Virus record (IMG/VR): IMGVR_UViG_3300044695_006401
Length of the DNA stretch: 64,000 nt
Reading direction: 5' to 3' (one strand)
DNA from: a virus
Taxonomy: Duplodnaviria; Caudoviricetes
Position numbers and translations under genes: made by a program. The notes under the pieces were generated by a model. That model saw only the letters and a program-made list of their open reading frames with translations. It searched no databases and had not been told where the DNA came from. Below, one piece after another: positions 47,210-55,053 of this stretch (the first letter of the stretch is position 1; every line of letters starts with the position of its first letter).

Positions 47210-47339
47210 TGTAGTGTAACCTTTTTAATCGGGGGGGACCGAGTAGACTCCAACCTGCCTTATATTTTTATATAAGGATCCCCATCTTTTTGTGAAGGAC
47301 CCTCTTGTCCTTGTCGAAATGTTTTCATATCTTTATAGT

Positions 47340-47513
47340 ATGAAAACAATTCTATTTATAAATCTTATGTTCGCTTATATTGTCATTGGAGCTTCTATCT
47401 TCATGGGGGTTTGTTTAATGTCCCTTAAGTATTTCCCCACCTCTAAAGTAAGTGGATTCATTCGTCGTCATGTTATTACTGATGTTGACTTGGATCCTCC
47501 CCATCAGGACTAA
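47340..47513 (+). CDS. Small membrane protein
   Basis: Start re-called to 47340 (MKTILFINLMFAYIVIGASIFMGVCLMSL...); TACCTTTG at 47204-47211. Confidence 0.55.
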   Translation: MKTILFINLMFAYIVIGASIFMGVCLMSLKYFPTSKVSGFIRRHVITDVDLDPPHQD

Positions 47514-47820
47514 AGAATTTCTCTACATGTTCTATACTCATATTAACTATGAGTGATCTTATTTCTTGGTAGTCATTTTCTGACAGGTTATAGTATTGAT
47601 TTAAAAACTGTAACACATCCCCCATGTCTGCATCCACAATTACAAATTGTCTTTTACTAAGGATTGGTTTCTTGGACCACTTCTTTTTTGCAAACTCAAA
47701 AAATACAACCCCATCATCTGTGAGTCCTTGCTTATGTTTGAATAAACATTTGATCCCCATCTTATCTTCTACCACACATTGGGTATACTGTTCTTTAAGA
47801 AATTTCTCTATTGCGTTCAT
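47476..47820 (-). CDS. Hypothetical protein
   Basis: 114-aa ORF; TATTTAT upstream. Confidence 0.6.
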   Translation of the reverse strand: MNAIEKFLKEQYTQCVVEDKMGIKCLFKHKQGLTDDGVVFFEFAKKKWSKKPILSKRQFVIVDADMGDVLQFLNQYYNLSENDYQEIRSLIVNMSIEHVEKFFSPDGEDPSQHQ

Positions 47821-48301
47821 ATGTACCGTTAATGTTAATAAATATTTGATACATTTTAAATAGTAAATTGGGGGTGACAGTATGTCAGGGGGGAATTGTT
47901 GATAAATATTTATTGTATTTTTCTTGATTTTGTCAAAATGTCAGTCACGATTCACACAGGGGACAATCCCTTTCCCCACTTTTTACCACACAGGTCTACC
48001 ACTATTTACCACCACAATCCCCTCTGTTGCTATGATCAGCCTAAAAAATCCCCTCTGTAGGGGTCTACAGGACTAGTTTTTTAGGTATATACATTTTCCA
48101 GCTAATTTGTGTTCTTATGATGAGGGTGGGCGGGAGACGATAGTCCTATAGTTCTTCCAACGATTAGGGGACCTAATGTACCCCCAATTATGTGTCATTT
48201 AGTCAGTCCCCAACACTTGTGGTAATATGTGGGACATATTAAACATATCACTTATATCAGGTTTAACCTGACAACAATGATATAAAACAACAGTCCCTTC
48301 G

Positions 48302-48350
48302 TATATGTTCCTGATCTTATTCACTCCCTTTAATAACGATAGTTTATATA
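48302..48350. repeat. 49-bp dispersed direct repeat, copy 1 (copy 2 at 50417-50465)
   Basis: tatatgttcctgatcttattcactcc(t/c)tttaataacgatagtttatata, one mismatch between copies. Confidence 0.85.
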
Positions 48351-48713
48351 ACTGAATACCACAGTAGAACATACCATTAAACCACACCATAAGAAATGGG
48401 GGACCTGTCTTTAGATGGGGGGAACTTACTAAGTAGTAACTTACCGAATGGTAAGTTGTGTATCATGTATACGATCTATACATAAGAACCTCATCATGTA
48501 TAAAGAATTAGATTTTCTATACATGTATATCGTAACCCCCATTACAGTAATGTACATTACGATACTATTCTACATTATGTGTTACACAAAATGTGTAATG
48601 ATCATTACGATAAAGTATATGTGGTAATTAATGGGACTTATCTCTTATAGAGATGTAATAGAATATCGGTTAAATGAACGATAATATACGATATCGGTTA
48701 TATAGACGATAAT

Positions 48714-48795
48714 AAGAGTGTAGAATTAAATTATGAGGTGAATTCCGTAGTGATAACGAAGGACTATGAACCGAATGAATTAATCCTATACTCTT
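48714..48795. repeat. Inverted-repeat element, copy 1
   Basis: AAGAGTGTAGAATTAAATT...AATTAATCCTATACTCTT; ends 1 nt from the stop of 48797-49453. Confidence 0.85.
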
Positions 48796-48796
48796 A

Positions 48797-49453
48797 TTAA
48801 AATTTTAAACCAAAGATTAGATTAACACCCATAGGTTTAGTGTCAAAACCAAAACCATATACAAACATATCATATTTTTCGAAAAGTACATTTGCCGTAA
48901 AATTTAACTTGTATGTGTTTTTTTCACTAACAACTTGATAATAAACATCTAAGTCTGAGAAAGACTCGTGGTAATCAACTAATTCTAAATTATAAAGTTG
49001 GAAATCAAAGTAAGAATTTTCTCTTACTAATTGGTGTCTTTCTTTACACACTCCTAAACCTAAATTGATTCTAATATCTGTACTACCGACAGTTATAATC
49101 TCTTTACCAACACCAATATTAAACAATGAGGGTTTAATTGCCGTACCGTATCTTGTTGTGATTGTTGATGATTCGTAAACATATGAACCCCACTCTGTAA
49201 CACCATATGAGTAGTTATCAAAATTTGTCTCTTCAGGAGTTGTCCATGTTTTAACTCTATCTTGAGCTGGTAACATTCCTCCGATTTTGTAGTCAAAGAA
49301 AATAGTGTAGTTTTTTACCGTTTTCTCTACTGAGAATCCCCAAGCCGCTTTTGGTAAATTACCATTATATAGTAATGAAACTCCTATTTGTTTTTGTGAA
49401 AAAGAAACAATTGATACTAAAGAAACAAGAGCAACTAAAAGAAGGTTTTTCAT
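48797..49453 (-). CDS. Putative outer-membrane beta-barrel protein
   Basis: Signal peptide (…VSIVSFS-Q), amphipathic strands, C-terminal beta-signal GVNLIFGLKF; TATCTTTG at 49483-49490. Confidence 0.75.
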   Translation of the reverse strand: MKNLLLVALVSLVSIVSFSQKQIGVSLLYNGNLPKAAWGFSVEKTVKNYTIFFDYKIGGMLPAQDRVKTWTTPEETNFDNYSYGVTEWGSYVYESSTITTRYGTAIKPSLFNIGVGKEIITVGSTDIRINLGLGVCKERHQLVRENSYFDFQLYNLELVDYHESFSDLDVYYQVVSEKNTYKLNFTANVLFEKYDMFVYGFGFDTKPMGVNLIFGLKF

Positions 49454-49565
49454 ATTGTGATGGGGGTTAAATGATTACAATACAAAGATAGTGATATTCC
49501 TCATATCTACAATGAAAAAGTCAAGTTTTTTTTAAATAAAAATCCCCTTATAAAGAGAGGGGGGA

Positions 49566-49652
49566 AAGAGTATAGAATTAAATTATGAAACGAAGAATGT
49601 AGTGAATGAAATGAACGGTAATGATGAGTGAGTAAATTAAATCTATACTCTT
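49566..49652. repeat. Inverted-repeat element, copy 2
   Basis: AAGAGTATAGAATTAAATT...AAATTAAATCTATACTCTT; 3 nt from the stop of 49656-50000. Confidence 0.8.
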
Positions 49653-49655
49653 GAT

Positions 49656-50000
49656 TTATATCTGACAAGTAATATTATTTCCGTTAACCTCACAAGTAAT
49701 TTGCTTTTCTAATAAAGTCTTTAACTTTAACTCTAATACACTTTTAATCTTATTGACATCGGAATAGTTTTGTATTTCATATTCTACATATGTTATATCT
49801 TCTGAGGTAATCTGCGTAAGATCTGAGATATTTCTTAACTCATTTAATATAACATAATCTATTGTGTCTCCATTACACTTATTACACTCTCTTTGTACAT
49901 CACCATTGATTGTAATATTAACTGTACTCATATCCTCTTTAATTACTCTATGGACTAAGTTAATCAATTCACTTTCAGTAAGTCTAATAATTTTTTTCAT
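49656..50000 (-). CDS. Leader-bearing small protein
   Basis: MKKIIRLTESELINLVHRVIKED. Confidence 0.75.
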   Translation of the reverse strand: MKKIIRLTESELINLVHRVIKEDMSTVNITINGDVQRECNKCNGDTIDYVILNELRNISDLTQITSEDITYVEYEIQNYSDVNKIKSVLELKLKTLLEKQITCEVNGNNITCQI

Positions 50001-50351
50001 TTAACAGAGTTGGTTTGCGTAAGTTATAAAGTCATCAGGTAATTTACTATATCCTCTTGGTGGTTTGATAACATTATCACCACACACCTTTACAATTGTA
50101 ATACCTTCAGGGTTTGTGATATTTGCTGGCGGATTCATCCATTTTAATTCTATAACCTTTGTATTAAAAGTTTTCTTCTCACCTCTAGGGTTTGTTTTGT
50201 CTACAGGTACAGACTTTGTTGAATCACTTACATTAACCACTTGATACTGATGAGTTTCTTGCCTCCCATCCATAACAAAACTAAATGTCTTTGTCGGATC
50301 AGATACTTCCATAATTTGACGAATTCTATATATACTCTCCTGTAAATTCAT
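50001..50351 (-). CDS. Leader-bearing small protein
   Basis: MNLQESIYRIRQIME. Confidence 0.75.
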   Translation of the reverse strand: MNLQESIYRIRQIMEVSDPTKTFSFVMDGRQETHQYQVVNVSDSTKSVPVDKTNPRGEKKTFNTKVIELKWMNPPANITNPEGITIVKVCGDNVIKPPRGYSKLPDDFITYANQLC

Positions 50352-50389
50352 ATTAAATAAATATACCCATATTAAATAAATATACCCAT
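50352..50389. repeat. Tandem 19-bp duplication containing the TATTTAT motif
   Basis: attaaataaatatacccat x2. Confidence 0.85.
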
Positions 50390-50416
50390 AATATATTATA
50401 TAAACTGTTATATTCT

Positions 50417-50465
50417 TATATGTTCCTGATCTTATTCACTCCCTTTAATAACGATAGTTTATATA
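50417..50465. repeat. 49-bp dispersed direct repeat, copy 2
   Basis: Matches 48302-48350; runs directly into inverted-repeat copy 3. Confidence 0.85.
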
Positions 50466-50544
50466 TAGGATAAATTTGTGAGGTGAATTCCGTAGTGAGT
50501 TTACGAACGGTAGGATGGAGTGAATGATTTGATCGTATACTCTT
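50462..50544. repeat. Inverted-repeat element, copy 3 (left end degenerate)
   Basis: ...TGAGGTGAATTCCGTAGTGA...GAATGATTTGATCGTATACTCTT, abutting the stop of 50544-51032. Confidence 0.75.
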
Positions 50545-51032
50545 TATTTATACTTAAGGATCCTTTGTACTATTGGATTAGATAAGAATTTCTCCGTATC
50601 TTTCTTTACTTTATCTACATTACAGAATCTACTATTAAAGAACATATCAGGGATTGTATCACTTTCTTCATCCCATACATTTATCTCATACTCTTCAGGT
50701 GTTATTGTAAGTTGTCTATTATACCAATCATCTATTCTTTCCTCCACCTTATCCAATGTAATGAATCCATTGGAATCTAATAACTTATCCCCGATCTTTA
50801 TATATACGTGCAACAAATACTCCTGTTCTATCTCTTCCGTGTCAATATTAACCTCGTTTGCCAGTAAAAGATAGTAAGTTACGTTTTTGTTCGGGAAACG
50901 TTCCCTAATCTTATCTATGATGTTATGTGCGAAGTAATGGCAATACCCGTGCTGATAGTCGTAATTCCCGTCGTTCCATTTGGACTCAAGGGTTTCTCTT
51001 AATATTCTCCTTACTCGTTCTTGTAGATTCAT
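50544..51032 (-). CDS. Leader-bearing protein with HGYCH motif
   Basis: MNLQERVRRILRET; GYCHYFA...LLHVYIKIGDKLLDSNG could be a transglutaminase/papain-like Cys-His-Asp fold (uncertain). Confidence 0.6.
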   Translation of the reverse strand: MNLQERVRRILRETLESKWNDGNYDYQHGYCHYFAHNIIDKIRERFPNKNVTYYLLLANEVNIDTEEIEQEYLLHVYIKIGDKLLDSNGFITLDKVEERIDDWYNRQLTITPEEYEINVWDEESDTIPDMFFNSRFCNVDKVKKDTEKFLSNPIVQRILKYK

Positions 51033-51068
51033 AATAATAAATATATTATAAATAAAAACCCCCCATCT

Positions 51069-51788
51069 TTACAATGAAGGGTCCCCTAATAATTCATTTG
51101 TTAGATCTATATACTTAGAATCAATCTCTATCCCTATAAAATCTCTATTATTATTTCGAGCCACAATTGCTGAGGTTCCTGATCCTAAGAACGGATCTAA
51201 ACATAAATCATTCTCTTCTGTCGTTAACAACATACATGTCTCTACTAACTTCTTTGGGAATGGTGCTGGATGTTTTGTATTCTTGTCAGGATTGATTATC
51301 CACACCTCAGACTGATACTCACTTGGTATCTGATCTTTGAATACCTTAGGTTTACCCTTTGTTAACCAATAGATATGTTCTGTACACGGCAACAATAGAT
51401 CCTTTCTAATGTTAGGACTTGACAGACGATTCCATATAATTAATTGATATACATTTAAGTCCGACTTGGAGATAAAGTCTGTAGGAAGATGCAACTTGTT
51501 CTTATGTCTTCTCGCTTTATGATTGAAGAATATTGATCCATCAGGTTTAATGATTCTCTTCATCTCATTTAATACATCGATCATCCAGTTATGGTAATCA
51601 ACCTCACTTAGATCATCCCCATATGAATCATAGTCAATATTAAATTTCTTCCATACTTGATTGCCAGGTTTTACCTTACCGATCAATCCTTTCTTGTTAT
51701 ACGGAGGACTTGTAACTATACACGCAATTGAGTCTGATGGGATCTTTCTCATCTCGTCAATACAATCCCCCATTCTTAAATCTATCAT
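51069..51788 (-). CDS. Beta-class DNA methyltransferase (N4-C or N6-A)
   Basis: Motif IV TSPPY near the N-terminus, HPAPFP, and motif I DPFLGSGTS near the C-terminus. Confidence 0.92.
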   Translation of the reverse strand: MIDLRMGDCIDEMRKIPSDSIACIVTSPPYNKKGLIGKVKPGNQVWKKFNIDYDSYGDDLSEVDYHNWMIDVLNEMKRIIKPDGSIFFNHKARRHKNKLHLPTDFISKSDLNVYQLIIWNRLSSPNIRKDLLLPCTEHIYWLTKGKPKVFKDQIPSEYQSEVWIINPDKNTKHPAPFPKKLVETCMLLTTEENDLCLDPFLGSGTSAIVARNNNRDFIGIEIDSKYIDLTNELLGDPSL

Positions 51789-51800
51789 ACTTAAATATAA

Positions 51801-52550
51801 TTATTTTCTCTCAGAAATCAATTCCTTGATCTTCTCATAATTGTGATGAAATTGTAGACCTCCCTGATGAAATTGTAGGTGACCAAATGGTAACTGAATG
51901 GTTGTTCCTCCATTCTTTGTTCCATATATAACATCACGCCCTTTTGATTTCTCAATGATCTCGTTGATGTCAAATTTCTCATTAACTTGGTTGTCACCGA
52001 GTTTGTTAACATACCATAAGATGTCAACCCAATCACCTTCATTTTTGCTCCATCCCTTCTTAAAAACCAACTCCGTGATGTTGTGTAAGTTGTCCTTGAA
52101 CCATAACTTAAACTCATTTGAGAGATCCTCATTATATTTGATCAAAGTCTCAGTGGTGATGGTCTTTCTTCTAACTTCAGTTGCTCTAACCTTAGGATTC
52201 TGATGTATGCAATCCTCACAAGATAAAACCTCATCAATGATATCACTACCACCAAACAATAATAAAAACACCTTTGATACATTTGACGGAATCTCACCAT
52301 ACATGATCGTATAACCATCTAAGAAACGACCAACCTTATTCATGTGAACCTGACCACTTAATGATTTTTTTAGACTATGTCTTTTTACACCATAAATGTC
52401 TGGCTTAGGAGTTGTTTTGTCACCGAAGATAGATTCTACCTTACCAGCAAGAGTGTAGTATCCATCACCCAACTCTTCGCTGACTAACGATTCATTCTTG
52501 TGCCCGCTTAATTTGGCGTATGTCCATCCTTGACTTCGGTTCCTTTTCAT
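51801..52550 (-). CDS. Putative type II restriction endonuclease
   Basis: Adjacent to the MTase; KPDI...HSLKK resembles a PD-(D/E)xK variant; own TATCTTTG at 52555-52562. Confidence 0.6.
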   Translation of the reverse strand: MKRNRSQGWTYAKLSGHKNESLVSEELGDGYYTLAGKVESIFGDKTTPKPDIYGVKRHSLKKSLSGQVHMNKVGRFLDGYTIMYGEIPSNVSKVFLLLFGGSDIIDEVLSCEDCIHQNPKVRATEVRRKTITTETLIKYNEDLSNEFKLWFKDNLHNITELVFKKGWSKNEGDWVDILWYVNKLGDNQVNEKFDINEIIEKSKGRDVIYGTKNGGTTIQLPFGHLQFHQGGLQFHHNYEKIKELISERK

Positions 52551-52583
52551 ATAACAAAGATACTATATAATTTTGACTCAGCC

Positions 52584-52663
52584 AAGAGTATAGGATAAAA
52601 TTATGAGGTGAATTCCGAACGCAGTGTAGGACTATGAACCGAATGATTTAATCGTATACTCTT
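52584..52663. repeat. Inverted-repeat element, copy 4
   Basis: AAGAGTATAGGATAAAATTATGAGGTGAATTCCG...GGACTATGAACCGAATGATTTAATCGTATACTCTT; overlaps the stop of a 29-aa ORF. Confidence 0.85.
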
Positions 52664-52751
52664 AATCTTTAATCCCGATTATATAAATTATGATCATCAT
52701 ACAGGTTGAGAATAACCCGATCGACATACTAATTATTTGTTCTAATTCCAT
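52662..52751 (-). CDS. 29-aa single-TM peptide (not in ORF track)
   Basis: MELEQIISMSIGLFSTCMMIIIYIIGIKD*. Confidence 0.5.
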   Translation of the reverse strand: MELEQIISMSIGLFSTCMMIIIYIIGIKD

Positions 52752-52752
52752 A

Positions 52753-53037
52753 TTATATTTTTTTATAAAAATCTCTTCTTTCTACTACGCATAACACACG
52801 GAAGTTATAAGGAAACAAATTTTCCATACTGTATCTTATCTCCTCACAAACAGTTTTACTATTTGGTTGTATGTCTCTTCTATGTCTTATGTAGTCTAAG
52901 TAATTTTCACTCTTAATATTAATCGTATACAAATCAAAAAACTCACAAAACTCTATTTTAACCTCATCACATGGTAATGGGTTTACAAACTTGAAGTAAT
53001 CTAATATAAGTTTTTCTATTTTATCTCGGTCTTTCAT
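52753..53037 (-). CDS. Hypothetical protein
   Basis: Likely start MKDRDK at 53037. Confidence 0.6.
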   Translation of the reverse strand: MKDRDKIEKLILDYFKFVNPLPCDEVKIEFCEFFDLYTINIKSENYLDYIRHRRDIQPNSKTVCEEIRYSMENLFPYNFRVLCVVERRDFYKKI

Positions 53038-53290
53038 GTCTTGACTTTGATAGTTTTGCAAAATTTGGTTTGACATAAACAAATACCGTATACTCCACAT
53101 CTGATGGTAGAAATGTTTTTAGTTTGTTCCTTATTCTTTCTGTCATATGCATTTGTTTAAATGCCAATGTATCTATAGATGTCACTTTGGTTGAATCTAT
53201 TTCACTATTGACATGATACACCCCTTCCACAAGTGTTACTTTTACTTGTGGTTCATCAAGTACTGAAATAATATATTGTTCTAAACCCAT
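53021..53290 (-). CDS. Hypothetical protein
   Basis: Likely start MGLEQY at 53290. Confidence 0.6.
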   Translation of the reverse strand: MGLEQYIISVLDEPQVKVTLVEGVYHVNSEIDSTKVTSIDTLAFKQMHMTERIRNKLKTFLPSDVEYTVFVYVKPNFAKLSKSRHERPR

Positions 53291-53565
53291 AATGATGTGG
53301 TTGGATAAATGGTTTGATATGTGATACGACAATCGTCTAGTGTTAAATTAAAATACTTTTTTAATTGATGGTAAAGTCCATACCTATCTATTCCTTTATT
53401 GATTGTGTTATATAATCCGTCGTGTTCATCTAAGTATACTAATATATGTATACTGTAGAAATAAGGTTTTTTACCGTTTGTTTGAACTTGGACGGTAATA
53501 TCATCCCTGTGTGAGAGGTGATCATATACAAATGAAATAAGTGCGTTTGATAAGTCCTTTACCAT
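53281..53565 (-). CDS. Hypothetical protein, paralogue of 54757-55023
   Basis: MVKDLS..I...VY.HLSHRDDI.VQV...GLY.TINKGIDR shared; TATATTTG upstream. Confidence 0.75.
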   Translation of the reverse strand: MVKDLSNALISFVYDHLSHRDDITVQVQTNGKKPYFYSIHILVYLDEHDGLYNTINKGIDRYGLYHQLKKYFNLTLDDCRITYQTIYPTTSLWV

Positions 53566-53598
53566 CTTCAGGCAAATATAAGAAAAAAATTTGATTAA

Positions 53599-54018
53599 TT
53601 ACATATAATCCAAATAATCATCGTTGATTTGTGACATTTCATCAACTAAACTGAAAATTTCCTCATCAGATAAAACTGAAAGTCTTTCGAAACTTCCAGC
53701 AACTACTCTACCTATTGAATCTACTTCATTTACTCCTATTGTAACTACACCATAAGATAAATAAAATGAATCTACTATTTTATTTGGTGATATTTGTATA
53801 GATAGATCCCAACCTATTTCATCTTTTTCTAAAAAGTCTTTTATGTATCTCTCAAAGACTTCTCTTGGTAGTTCTCCTGTCTTTGTATAGATTTGTGGAA
53901 GAGATAGTCCTGTCATCTTCATAAATTCATATAAACCATGTTGGTTTAAGAGTGTAAGTAATGATTGTTTTTGACTCTCTTCTCTGAGTACTTTTCTTAT
54001 GTTTTCTTGTAGTTTCAT
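53599..54018 (-). CDS. Leader-bearing protein; stand-alone homologue of the last polyprotein module
   Basis: Start re-called to 54018 (MKLQENIRKVLREE); QSLLTLLNQHGLYEFMKMTGL. Confidence 0.8.
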   Translation of the reverse strand: MKLQENIRKVLREESQKQSLLTLLNQHGLYEFMKMTGLSLPQIYTKTGELPREVFERYIKDFLEKDEIGWDLSIQISPNKIVDSFYLSYGVVTIGVNEVDSIGRVVAGSFERLSVLSDEEIFSLVDEMSQINDDYLDYM

Positions 54019-54449
54019 TACTTTTTCTTCTTCACACAATTGGGATAACGTTTACCAAACATAGTCTTCATACCTTTTTGAGTATATCCTTTCCAACATC
54101 TTTCTGTTAGTTCACCCTCTTTCATTTCTTGTTGACTTCTTCCTTTTTTATAATTTTGACAGTCCTGACCATCTGAAACGGAAACATATATTGCTTTTAA
54201 CGGGATATAATTATTAAGATATTCTTGAAGTTCCTCACGATAAGATGACTTAAGTTGTTCTTCAACTATCAAAATAACTAAATATTGGTCTTCAAAAGAT
54301 TCTAACGCACTAACAACTAATGTACATATATTAAAATTAACATAATCAAGGATAAGATTTTTAATTAACTTTGAATACTTGTCATCAGAAATTTTATAAT
54401 ATGTCTCTTCCTTTAGTATCTTTCTTATATGTTCTTGTAGGTTCATCAT
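54018..54449 (-). CDS. Leader-bearing protein with C-terminal CWKGY...PNCV minidomain
   Basis: MNLQEHIRKILKEE...ELTE-RCWKGYTQKGMKTMFGKRYPNCVKKKK. Confidence 0.75.
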   Translation of the reverse strand: MMNLQEHIRKILKEETYYKISDDKYSKLIKNLILDYVNFNICTLVVSALESFEDQYLVILIVEEQLKSSYREELQEYLNNYIPLKAIYVSVSDGQDCQNYKKGRSQQEMKEGELTERCWKGYTQKGMKTMFGKRYPNCVKKKK

Positions 54450-54745
54450 AACTTTTCTTTTACATAATCCACCAATGGCTTCTCAAACATAATATATGAA
54501 TCCCAATATTCTTGTTCAGACGAACTAAGAAATCTAAAATTCTTACTGGATGCAATAAATTGTCTTACGGTATCGTATATTGCGTCGGTTCTATCATAAC
54601 CCGAATCAATTAAACCTTTCACATCATCAACCAAGTCATCTAATTTTTCTATTGTCACCCTTCTTATAATGTATGTCGGTAGATGAGACTCATTAATAAC
54701 CCCCATCATTGATTTCATTCTTGATATTTGTTCTTGTAGGTTCAT
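54446..54745 (-). CDS. Leader-bearing small protein
   Basis: MNLQEQISRMKSMMGVINE. Confidence 0.75.
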   Translation of the reverse strand: MNLQEQISRMKSMMGVINESHLPTYIIRRVTIEKLDDLVDDVKGLIDSGYDRTDAIYDTVRQFIASSKNFRFLSSSEQEYWDSYIMFEKPLVDYVKEKL

Positions 54746-54756
54746 AATAATAAATA

Positions 54757-55023
54757 TTACTCAGTTTGGTATTCGCTAACTTGAGTGTAAATCATACAAC
54801 TATCCCAATCCAAATTAAAATACCCTTTAATTCCATTCATTAAATCACCTCTGTCGATACCTTTGTTGATTGTGGCATAAAGTCCGTCGGTTGGTTTTAC
54901 ATATATAACTATGTGGACTTTATATCTTGTTGGTGATTTTACTACTTGCACCAAAATATCATCTCTGTGTGATAGATGAGTATATACATATTGTTCTATT
55001 ACTTTTGATAAATCTTTTACCAT
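54757..55023 (-). CDS. Hypothetical protein, paralogue of 53281-53565
   Basis: Sequence similarity by eye; TATATTTG at 55032-55039. Confidence 0.75.
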   Translation of the reverse strand: MVKDLSKVIEQYVYTHLSHRDDILVQVVKSPTRYKVHIVIYVKPTDGLYATINKGIDRGDLMNGIKGYFNLDWDSCMIYTQVSEYQTE

Positions 55024-55053
55024 ATCAAAAGCAAATATAATAAAATTATTTGA

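Noticed and set aside
48199-48390. 63-aa ORF in the low-coding island
   Set aside because: No leader, promoter or motif; it overlaps a dispersed non-coding repeat.
48714-52663. CRISPR array or canonical integron attC interpretation of the ~80-bp elements
   Set aside because: Spacing is gene-length and irregular, there are no cas genes, and the RYYYAAC/GTTRRRY cores and an integrase are not visible.
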